A stretch of DNA of 64,000 bases, taken from Minisyncoccota bacterium. GTDB lineage: Bacteria > Patescibacteriota > Minisyncoccia > Phycocordibacterales > JAQTLZ01. A program made the position numbers and the translations under genes. This document shows positions 56,846 to 64,000 of this stretch, piece after piece (position 1 is the stretch's first letter; every line of letters begins with the position of its first letter). The stretch is taken from positions 65,136-129,135 of the forward strand of contig JAQTSY010000003.1 in NCBI GenBank assembly GCA_028711065.1. Reading direction: 5' to 3'. The notes beneath the pieces were generated by a model. It saw nothing but the letters and a program-made list of their open reading frames with translations. It ran no database searches and was not told where the DNA came from.

Positions 56846-58387
56846 TTAAGATTTCCTGTGTTTTGGCGTCACCCAATAGCCAAGACGGAATTTTCCGGAG
56901 AGCATCAGGCGGGTCTGCGCCTCAAGTGCCGGAATCGAACCGAACACAAGAAGTGTTGCCGGCACGAATATCCACTGGGCAAACATTGTGAGCGTTCCTC
57001 TTTTTGAATTGCCTCTTGGAGGCGGAGGAAGAAGCGAAATAGAGATGATAGCGGAGAGCAAAATTCCGAGGATACCGAGGAATGTCAAATTCCTTGAGAC
57101 ACCCGGTAAATTGTATGAAAGCAAGGTGCTATTGAAAGCTCTTCCACCGAGAAGAATGGGCGTCCAGGTGAAGAGAAAGAGAAGTATCGGGTTTGTTGCG
57201 AGAGACCACGCTCGTTCAAGCTCGATGAATGTGATGCGTACTTTTTTCCCCAAAGAAATTTTAGGATTTTTTACAAAGCCCATAAGAATATAGGGAAGAT
57301 TTTCTACACCCCAGCTCCATCGGCGCTGTTGTCTATAAACATTCTTCATAGTCTGCCAAAAAGAAGGTGCGAGATTGGCATCCATCGAGAGCGGATAAGA
57401 AATCGGTACGGCTTTGTAATTTCCATCATAAGCAAGAAATGCATTCCAAAAAATGCGAGAATCTTCGGAAACAATATTTTTCTGCCAATAGCCAATTTCT
57501 TGCAACGTCGGAAATGGAATTGAATGTGAAGAGAAAGTAGTAAGACGTTCCGGACGCTCCTGCTGGATCATCTGCCAGAAACTTCCGGATGTTGCGACGA
57601 TTCGGGACAGTGCCGGTGCATCCCACATATTATTATTATAAAAAGGAACAGGCTGATACGAAGCATGAAGCCTGTCTTCACTTGTCAGAAAATGCCACAT
57701 AAGGCAGAGGAAATAATCTGGATACGCAATAGTGTCTATGTCGAATGCAGAAACAAGAACATCCTCGTATTGAATGCCGTTCGCATCAAGAATCTTTTTT
57801 CTCGCTTCTTCAGCTGCGTAAGCGATGTTCGAGCCTTTTCCATCCATCTCTCCTAAAATACCGCTTGGGTGGACAGTGATAAGAAAATAACCGAATTCTC
57901 TTCCATACAAACTTCTGATTTTTTCTGCAATGGTGAGAGCACTCTCCCCCGCTCGCGCCTCAACCGCAAGAACAACCGCCATTTTCTTTTTATTCCCCCG
58001 CGCAGAGAGAAGGGATTTAATATTTGTCTCTACGATTTCATATGATTCTTTGTAGAATGGCAAAATAACAAGATGAACAATACGCGTATATTTAAGAGGC
58101 GCAAGCATTTCTTCCCAATCCATTCCCAAAGATTTTTTGATATGGCGCCAATTTTGGTAGAGATGAAGCGAGAGATAGGCGCTTTTCAAAACCCAATACA
58201 AATTGAAGACAATGATAAAAAGTGCTGCATAAAAAGGCGCGAGATAAGAAAGCAAAAGCGCGCCAAAGAGCGTAGCCCACGCCAAAAATCCAGGGAGAAT
58301 TTCAAAAAAGCGATAGATACGAAAATCTTTTCCCGTAAGATCCTTTGCCTGCCCTGCTGTGTAATAGGGTGTCCGAATGTATTCCAT
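56846..58387 (-). CDS. Membrane-bound processive family-2 glycosyltransferase (cellulose-synthase-like)
   Basis: N- and C-terminal TM helices, a D,D region (VSAFDIDTIAYPDYF) and the Q(Q/R)xRW motif QQRRWSWG. Confidence 0.7.
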   Translation of the reverse strand: MEYIRTPYYTAGQAKDLTGKDFRIYRFFEILPGFLAWATLFGALLLSYLAPFYAALFIIVFNLYWVLKSAYLSLHLYQNWRHIKKSLGMDWEEMLAPLKYTRIVHLVILPFYKESYEIVETNIKSLLSARGNKKKMAVVLAVEARAGESALTIAEKIRSLYGREFGYFLITVHPSGILGEMDGKGSNIAYAAEEARKKILDANGIQYEDVLVSAFDIDTIAYPDYFLCLMWHFLTSEDRLHASYQPVPFYNNNMWDAPALSRIVATSGSFWQMIQQERPERLTTFSSHSIPFPTLQEIGYWQKNIVSEDSRIFWNAFLAYDGNYKAVPISYPLSMDANLAPSFWQTMKNVYRQQRRWSWGVENLPYILMGFVKNPKISLGKKVRITFIELERAWSLATNPILLFLFTWTPILLGGRAFNSTLLSYNLPGVSRNLTFLGILGILLSAIISISLLPPPPRGNSKRGTLTMFAQWIFVPATLLVFGSIPALEAQTRLMLSGKFRLGYWVTPKHRKS

Positions 58388-58414
58388 AAAGTCTGCTTCT
58401 TTTACGAAGCTATT

Positions 58415-58490
58415 TGGAGCCGCCCCCCAGGATCGAACTGGGGACCTACTGTTTACAAAACAGTTGCTCTACCGGCTGAGCTAGGGCGGC
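58415..58490 (-). tRNA. tRNA-Thr (anticodon TGT)
   Basis: Minus-strand GCCGCCCTAGCTCAGCCGGTAGAGCAACTGTTTTGTAAACAGTAGGTCCCCAGTTCGATCCTGGGGGGCGGCTCCA; 7-bp acceptor, anticodon stem ACTGT/ACAGT, loop TTTGTAA, T-loop TTCGATC, encoded CCA. Confidence 0.85.
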
Positions 58491-58578
58491 GTGTTATTGG
58501 ATAATCACAGATTTACAAAACTGGCCACTATTGCCTGCTTCATTTCATTCAGCAACGGCAATTTCGATTACGAACCTC

Positions 58579-58606
58579 CTGAAACGAAAAGCAGTTTTCG
58601 TTTCAG
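58579..58606. repeat. Perfect 12-bp stem / 4-nt loop hairpin next to tRNA-Thr
   Basis: CTGAAACGAAAA-GCAG-TTTTCGTTTCAG; no flanking T-tract. Confidence 0.5.
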
Positions 58607-58651
58607 CCCCACCGACTTCACTAGGCCGGCATAAAAAGGGACTTCTATATA

Positions 58652-59038
58652 TTACATTTTTTTGTCTCCTCCGCCAGTTTTTTTATCCCGAGAAATATCT
58701 TTAAGAAAAATGGAGACTTCCCCATCACTTTTTTTTACTGCGCCCGTCTTAAGCGAGTGGAAAAAACCATTCCACTTTTGAATAAGACTTTGCCTTATGT
58801 GAACGGCGGCTTCTACCACTCCGCTGAAAAATATCTTAAAAAACTTTCTCACCGTTCCCTTCTCGAACATATGAGAGTGGCTTTTTACAGCCGAAATATT
58901 CTCTGACACTACTGCATCCATTTTTCCTCGGATTTTCGAGAATGCCGTCTCGCTTCGAGACATTTCATAAAGCTTGTGCCCGATAAGCACTGCGATGAGC
59001 ACAAACGATACAATGAATGATGTAAGTGCAAGAGTCAT
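58652..59038 (-). CDS. Hypothetical small membrane protein
   Basis: MTLALTSFIVSFVLIAVLIG TM helix; the ORF extends to 59131 but would then overlap tsf. Confidence 0.4.
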   Translation of the reverse strand: MTLALTSFIVSFVLIAVLIGHKLYEMSRSETAFSKIRGKMDAVVSENISAVKSHSHMFEKGTVRKFFKIFFSGVVEAAVHIRQSLIQKWNGFFHSLKTGAVKKSDGEVSIFLKDISRDKKTGGGDKKM

Positions 59039-59051
59039 TTTGTATAAGAAC

Positions 59052-59639
59052 TTACTTCTCGAGAGAGCCGAACCGCACAAATCGCACAATTTCTGTCTTC
59101 TCGCCGAACTTCTGGATCGCTGCCTGAACAAGCCCGTTTACAGTTACTTCGGGATTTTTGATGAATGGCTGTTCAAGAAGAATTTTGTCTTTGAAGTATG
59201 CGTTTATCTTTCCTTCAAGAATCTTTGCTTGCATGTCTTTCGGTTTTCCAACCACTTCTTTTTCAAAAATCTCGATCGCCTTCTTTTTCATATCTTCGGA
59301 GATATCTTCTTTCTTAAGAAATTCTGGATTCATCGCCGCAGCATGCATAGCAATGTCATACGCAAGAGCTTTAAACTCTTCGTTCTTTGCTACGAAATCT
59401 GTCTCGCAAGAAAGTTCGACGAGGGCGCCGACTTTGCCATTGCTATGAACGTATGAAGAGATAATGCTTGCCCCAAGGCTTCGATCAGCTTTCTTGGCTG
59501 CAATATCGCCTCCTTTTTTCTTGAGAATAATGAGAGCCTTTTCTTTGTCGCCTCCCGCTTCTTCGAGAGCCTTTCGGCACTGCATAATAGAAATACCTGT
59601 TTCGTCTCGAAGCGCTTTGATTTGTTCGGTGGTAATCAT
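59052..59639 (-). CDS. tsf: Elongation factor Ts (short form)
   Basis: N-terminal UBA-like ITTEQIKALRDETGISIMQCRKALEEAGGD followed by a dimerisation core; downstream of rpsB. Confidence 0.9.
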   Translation of the reverse strand: MITTEQIKALRDETGISIMQCRKALEEAGGDKEKALIILKKKGGDIAAKKADRSLGASIISSYVHSNGKVGALVELSCETDFVAKNEEFKALAYDIAMHAAAMNPEFLKKEDISEDMKKKAIEIFEKEVVGKPKDMQAKILEGKINAYFKDKILLEQPFIKNPEVTVNGLVQAAIQKFGEKTEIVRFVRFGSLEK

Positions 59640-59689
59640 GATAAAAAACTATAAAAATCTCAAAGAACAAAGTTCTTTGGAGAAAACTA

Positions 59690-60397
59690 TTAAGCAGTCT
59701 TAACCGAAGCTTTGCCTTCCTGGTAGGCCTTCACAATTTGGTCTACGAAAAATCGAATACTAGCGAGTGAAGCGTCATTACCGACGATAGCATGATCTAC
59801 TTCAGAAATATCACAGTCAGAACCGAGAAGAGCGATAACGGGAATGTTCATTTTCTTTGCTTCATCTACCGCAATCTTTTCTTTTCTTGAATCAATCACA
59901 AATACAGCCTGTGGCATTCCTTTCAAAAGGACGAGTCCGGAGAAAAAGAGGTTGAGTTTCGTGATCTCTCGGTCAATGAGAAGTCGTTCCTTCTTTGTGT
60001 ATTTTGAAAGCTCCCCCTTCTCTCTTTGATCCATAAGAGTGAGCATCTTGTCGATTCGACTTCGAATTTGTCCGAAGTTCGTAAGAGTTCCTCCGATCCA
60101 TCGTCCAGCAACGTAAGGCATATTGATAGCCAAAGCGCCGTTTTTCATTGTGTCTCGTGATTCTGGCTTGCCTCCGACAAAAAGGATCTGTTTTCCTTCA
60201 GCACCGAGAGTTTTCACGAACATCTTCGCCTTCTCCAAAAGATCAGATGTTTTCTCCAAATCAAAGATTTCAACCTTGTTTTTAGCCCCGAAAATATAAG
60301 ATTTTACTGAAGGATGTCGGCGTGATTTTGAGTAGGCAAAATGAGCGCCCGCTTTAAAAAGGCCGTCAATAACCGCGCTGTTTTTGGTATCTGTCAT
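59690..60397 (-). CDS. rpsB: 30S ribosomal protein S2
   Basis: LFKAGAHFAYSKSRRHP... conserved S2 core. Confidence 0.9.
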   Translation of the reverse strand: MTDTKNSAVIDGLFKAGAHFAYSKSRRHPSVKSYIFGAKNKVEIFDLEKTSDLLEKAKMFVKTLGAEGKQILFVGGKPESRDTMKNGALAINMPYVAGRWIGGTLTNFGQIRSRIDKMLTLMDQREKGELSKYTKKERLLIDREITKLNLFFSGLVLLKGMPQAVFVIDSRKEKIAVDEAKKMNIPVIALLGSDCDISEVDHAIVGNDASLASIRFFVDQIVKAYQEGKASVKTA

Positions 60398-60435
60398 GGA
60401 TGAAAAGTCTAGCAGATTAGGTATGAAAAGGCAAA

Positions 60436-61404
60436 TTATCCCTCATCATCTTCATTTCCGATTTCCCCTTTATTCATAGCCTCCGCAATAGGCTCAAATT
60501 CGCCTGTCATAATTTTTTCGAGACTGTACCAAGACTTCTTTAGACGATGGTCGGTAATGCGATTTTGCGGGTAATTGTAGGTACGGATTTTTTCGGAACG
60601 GTCGGCAGTGCCGATCTGATTTTTGCGATTTGCGGAGTACTTTTTTGCATCTTGTTCTTCCTGAAGCATCTCGAGCTTTGCGATAAGCATCGACATCGCC
60701 TTTTCTCGGTTTCTCCCCTGACTTCTCTCGTTGGTGCATTTCACCTCAAGTCCAGTCGGTTTGTGGACGAGACGGACCGCGGTCTCCACTTTATTCACGT
60801 TCTGTCCTCCCTTCCCGCCGGATTTTGAAAATTCCATCTCAATGTCTGTCGGATTTATAATTACTTTTGATTTCTTGCGAATCGGGAGCACTGCAACCGA
60901 CGCAGTCGAAGTATGCACTCGTCCCATTTTTTCGGTCGCAGGAACTCGCTGGACTCGGTGTACCCCCGTCTCAAATCGCATGGTTTTGTACACTTCACGA
61001 CCGCGAATTTCAAACGTTGCTTCTTTATAGCCCCCAAGCGCAGTTCTTGATTCATCGAGAAGGACAAAGACCCAACCCTTCGATTCAGCATATTTTTTAT
61101 ACATATTTGCCAATTCCTCTGCAAAAAGAGAGGCTTCATCTCCCCCGGCTCCCGCACGCACTTCTAACACAACCTCGTTCGGAAATTCTTCTTCCACTTT
61201 TTCTCCCTCAATAATCTCATTCATCTGCTTCAAAAGGTTTTCTTTCTGCTCTTTCAAGCTTTTCAAATCATCTTCGGCGAGATCTTTATAGGACGGATCT
61301 TTTTCAATCATAGCCAAAAGGCTCGCCTCTTCTTTATCGAGACGTTCATATTCAGAAGCCAAAAAGCTTGTCTTATGATTTTCTTTGTAGAGCGTTAAAT
61401 CCAT
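60436..61404 (-). CDS. prfA: Peptide chain release factor 1
   Basis: GGQ motif ([11 protein letters not shown]) and the RF1-type PAT tripeptide in [18 protein letters not shown]; no frameshift site. Confidence 0.85.
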   Translation of the reverse strand: MDLTLYKENHKTSFLASEYERLDKEEASLLAMIEKDPSYKDLAEDDLKSLKEQKENLLKQMNEIIEGEKVEEEFPNEVVLEVRAGAGGDEASLFAEELANMYKKYAESKGWVFVLLDESRTALGGYKEATFEIRGREVYKTMRFETGVHRVQRVPATEKMGRVHTSTASVAVLPIRKKSKVIINPTDIEMEFSKSGGKGGQNVNKVETAVRLVHKPTGLEVKCTNERSQGRNREKAMSMLIAKLEMLQEEQDAKKYSANRKNQIGTADRSEKIRTYNYPQNRITDHRLKKSWYSLEKIMTGEFEPIAEAMNKGEIGNEDDEG

Positions 61405-61430
61405 TGTGATAATTTTACCTTAAAGGAACG

Positions 61431-61466
61431 AAAAAATCCGCGAGTCAAAAGACCCTCGGATTTTTT
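61431..61466. terminator. Bidirectional intrinsic terminator between rpmE and prfA
   Basis: A6-TCCGCGAG-...-CTCGGA-T6. Confidence 0.6.
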
Positions 61467-61480
61467 CACTTTGTATTGGG

Positions 61481-61720
61481 TTATTTAGCTGAAGCTTTCG
61501 CTTTCTTCTTAGGTTCTACAGCCTTTGCCTTTCGAGCTTTGAATCGCTCTACTCGCCCTGCAGTGTCGATGATTTTTTCAGATCCTGAATAGAAAGGGTG
61601 GCAAGCAGAACAGATTTCAACTTCAAAAGTCTCTCGGGTTGAACCGACAGTATAGGTCTTGCCACAGGCGCATTTTACCTTAGCGTTTGGGAAGTATGTT
61701 GGGTGAATTTCCTTTTGCAT
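61481..61720 (-). CDS. rpmE: 50S ribosomal protein L31
   Basis: MQKEIHPTYF...CACG...CSACHPFYSG zinc-ribbon form; the ORF track's N-terminal extension to 61810 is unlikely. Confidence 0.8.
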   Translation of the reverse strand: MQKEIHPTYFPNAKVKCACGKTYTVGSTRETFEVEICSACHPFYSGSEKIIDTAGRVERFKARKAKAVEPKKKAKASAK

Positions 61721-61806
61721 AGCTCGCACAATATAACAAGAAAGAGCTTTTTTAGCAATAGGCAGAAAAAACTGCCGGATTTTGGTCCGACAGTCAGGCT
61801 TTTGGC

Positions 61807-62457
61807 TCACCCATTCTTTCCAAATATTACTGGCTGGGCGATGGTTGCTAAAAACACAGCATCCTCATCTGCCTTATGAGGATGTAGTCGGCAATCTCTG
61901 ACACCCAACATCTCGTATCGGCCTAGCGCATATTTCCGAAATCGAGACATTGTTCTCTGCGACGCCCATTTAAACAAAGGCGAATTTTGATACTGTCCGA
62001 GCAGTTCACTTAAGTGTACTTGATCAAATTCTTTGTCTGTAAGCCAAAGAATTTGACGATCCTGCCGAAGACTTTCGAGCCGAGAGATAAGGCGATCTCG
62101 CACAACCTCCCTATCTTGGCAAGAATTCTTCATAAATTCCAAAACATACAGGGGATCGAACCTCTGATGCGATGGATCGAGGCGATCATCAACCGCCCGC
62201 ATGCTTCGGACAAACCCACGCGCCGTCGCAAGGCATTTAAGTTCCGAACACCCGATTCTCATGGCGTTCATCTCGTATGCCATAGATACTGGCTTCATTT
62301 CTTCATAAAAGACCAGATCTCTGTCGAAATATTCTCGGAAGGCAAGCTTCTCTTCACTCACCACGCATGCCCCGATTGAAAGGGGGCTATGAAGACGAGT
62401 GTCTAATCCTGCTGCTTCAAAATCGCAGGTAACATAGACAACACTCCGATCTGTCAT
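61807..62457 (-). CDS. DEDDh-family 3'-5' exonuclease domain protein
   Basis: Exo I VYVTCDFEAAGLD and Exo III HKADEDAVFLA motifs; start chosen at MTDRS...; GC-rich. Confidence 0.55.
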   Translation of the reverse strand: MTDRSVVYVTCDFEAAGLDTRLHSPLSIGACVVSEEKLAFREYFDRDLVFYEEMKPVSMAYEMNAMRIGCSELKCLATARGFVRSMRAVDDRLDPSHQRFDPLYVLEFMKNSCQDREVVRDRLISRLESLRQDRQILWLTDKEFDQVHLSELLGQYQNSPLFKWASQRTMSRFRKYALGRYEMLGVRDCRLHPHKADEDAVFLATIAQPVIFGKNG

Positions 62458-62537
62458 CGGTCCTCCTTTCTCCCACGTGGGGAATCTGTTTTCTCTTTCT
62501 ACTATAACACAATGCAGTTCACGAAACCTCAAAAAAA

Positions 62538-63929
62538 CTAAAGATTTTGCAAAGGATCAATCATGTTCTCCTGAATACTTGCTGCTTTTGCCATAACTTG
62601 CGCGCCGTAGCTTTTTGCGTAAGAAGTAATACAACCCGAACCTGAATAATATTTGCAGGCGGCGTTCATTTCGCCCGTGTAGCTTCCATTTCTTGCCCCA
62701 AGATCAGTGAGATACAGTGCGGATGCGGTAAATGCGTCTTTTGGATCCCAAGGATTCGGCGACGAATCCCCTGTTACGCCCGCGATACGATTCGCAAATA
62801 ATGTCCATGTTGAGGGAATGAATTGCGCCGGACCCATCGCTCCTCCCCATCCGATTGGGCTATGTTTCTTATCATAAATCGGTTGCCAACAAGAGACGCG
62901 CGTCGTCGCAAAATCAAGCCCGAGACCTTTCGTTATACTAAGGAAAATAGGAACATCGCGAGTAGGGTGCATGACGCGAGATTGCGGAGTCCTTGTGTTT
63001 GCACCTATCCCATTCCCCGTCGTCGTGTCAGTGAGGAAACATGAGCCGACATTTTGGCCAAGATTCGATTCTTGCGTGAGGATGGCGAGAAGAAATGCGG
63101 GACGGATTCCGGTTTTCCCCGATATAAATGTCGCGTATTCAAGTGCAGTACCAAAAGGAATCGCGGAAGTATCTCGCAGGGAGAATAGAGCGCTTCGGAT
63201 TTCAGCCGCTCGTTTCTGCCTTTCCGCAACCGCAAGCGCATAATTTTTCTCTTGAGATTTCGTAACAGTAAGCAGGTCTTTCTTTTGTTTTTCTGTCAGC
63301 TCCACTTGGCGTTTTTGAGCTTCAAGCAGCGCTTTCGCGTCAGCTTCCGCTTGGCTTTTCTCTTCAAGAGATTGCTTTTCTGTTTCGGTGGTCTGCTTTT
63401 GGTCGCTTATTTCAAAATAGAGATCTCGAAGCGAACTTTTTATGGTGTCAAAATCATTGATGTCAGATACGAAATCAGAAATGGTTTGGTCGTTGAGAAC
63501 CATTTCTACTAGAGAATTATTTTCCGTCTGATCTGTTTTCCGGATAAGATCGGCGAGTGATTCCTTATTTTTTGCTATGCGATCTTCGAGAGCAGAAATG
63601 GTATCGGACTTTATTCCGATATCGGTGCTTAATTGCTGGAGAATGATGTCACTTGCTTTGATGTTTAATTTCGCTTTATCGATCTTTCCATTCAAAAGTG
63701 CGACATCTCTCTGAAGTGATGCGGATTCGCCATGTTTTGCATCGAGAAGGGCCTGCTTTTGTGCGATTTCTATTGTGAGCGCCGCAAGTTCCGCCTTCAG
63801 CGCGTCCTCGCGTTTTTGTACGGCATCGGCAGTCAAATCAGCCCTAACCAAAAGAGGAGTAGAGACAGAAAAGACTCCTAGAAAGAGGAGCGCAACTAAA
63901 AAGAAAATACCGATTCTTCTCGAGAACAT
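62538..63929 (-). CDS. Secreted coiled-coil protein with a C-terminal lytic-transglycosylase-like (SLT/MltB-like) domain
   Basis: Signal peptide; long N-terminal coiled coil; LTQESNLG catalytic-Glu motif and GPAQFIPSTW. Confidence 0.6.
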   Translation of the reverse strand: MFSRRIGIFFLVALLFLGVFSVSTPLLVRADLTADAVQKREDALKAELAALTIEIAQKQALLDAKHGESASLQRDVALLNGKIDKAKLNIKASDIILQQLSTDIGIKSDTISALEDRIAKNKESLADLIRKTDQTENNSLVEMVLNDQTISDFVSDINDFDTIKSSLRDLYFEISDQKQTTETEKQSLEEKSQAEADAKALLEAQKRQVELTEKQKKDLLTVTKSQEKNYALAVAERQKRAAEIRSALFSLRDTSAIPFGTALEYATFISGKTGIRPAFLLAILTQESNLGQNVGSCFLTDTTTGNGIGANTRTPQSRVMHPTRDVPIFLSITKGLGLDFATTRVSCWQPIYDKKHSPIGWGGAMGPAQFIPSTWTLFANRIAGVTGDSSPNPWDPKDAFTASALYLTDLGARNGSYTGEMNAACKYYSGSGCITSYAKSYGAQVMAKAASIQENMIDPLQNL

Positions 63930-63955
63930 TGTTCAATTTTAGCATATTTAAAGAA

Positions 63956-63986
63956 AAAGCCCCGCCCTTTGAAGGGCGGGGCTTTA
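63956..63986. terminator. GC-rich hairpin (terminator-like) at the window edge
   Basis: AGCCCCGCCC-TTTGAA-GGGCGGGGCT. Confidence 0.4.
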
Positions 63987-64000
63987 AAGAATTTGTATTA

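Noticed and set aside
60436-61404. Programmed +1 frameshift typical of prfB
   Set aside because: The gene has the RF1-type PAT motif and one continuous ORF with no internal SD-CUU-UGA site, so it is prfA, not prfB.
61721-61810. N-terminal extension of the rpmE ORF
   Set aside because: L31 homology begins at MQKEIHP; the extension would overlap the upstream exonuclease gene.
1-64000. CRISPR arrays, integrases, transposases, reverse transcriptase / DGR
   Set aside because: I looked for spacer-repeat periodicity in every intergenic gap, and for DDE or tyrosine-recombinase and YxDD motifs in the ORF translations; I found none.

Overview
This 64 kb window looks like a gene-dense segment of a small bacterial chromosome, about 45% GC with mostly short intergenic spacers. 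Reduced forms of several core proteins suggest a streamlined genome, possibly of Patescibacteria/CPR type; that is inference only. The core genes are easy to recognise: a co-oriented rpoB-rpoC-dnaG-rpoD block, trmD, rpsP, rnr, queD, smc-rnc-nusB, rpmF, rnhB, dnaE, thrS, gyrB, pheS/pheT, tsf-rpsB, prfA, rpmE and one tRNA-Thr(TGT). Among them sit a cell-surface cluster (a sortase, a tandem-repeat surface protein with a VPYTG-like sorting signal, a CARDB protein, a Pro/Thr-rich surface protein, a processive GT2 glycosyltransferase) and several hypotheticals, some in GC-rich patches around 55% GC. I found no CRISPR array, integrase, transposase or reverse transcriptase. The observations I would look at first are: (1) NusB and a Nudix hydrolase domain fused in one ORF directly upstream of rnc; (2) an uncharacterised 200-aa ORF wedged between N-terminally truncated pheS and pheT; (3) an orphan, GC-rich ParB/Srx-like gene with a proline-rich tail and no parA; (4) two paralogous SAM methyltransferases stacked upstream of trmD beside an MBL-fold hydrolase and a TrmB-family regulator with a palindromic operator; (5) three nested inverted-repeat, MITE-like or structured-RNA-like elements at 15.4, 16.0 and 24.7 kb; (6) a GC-rich DapA-family gene with a promoter, an attenuator-like hairpin and flanking direct repeats in its leader; (7) a 565-bp intergenic region holding a plus-strand terminator and a small Cys-containing ORF or ncRNA candidate. 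Every call below was made by eye from motifs and translations, with no database search.
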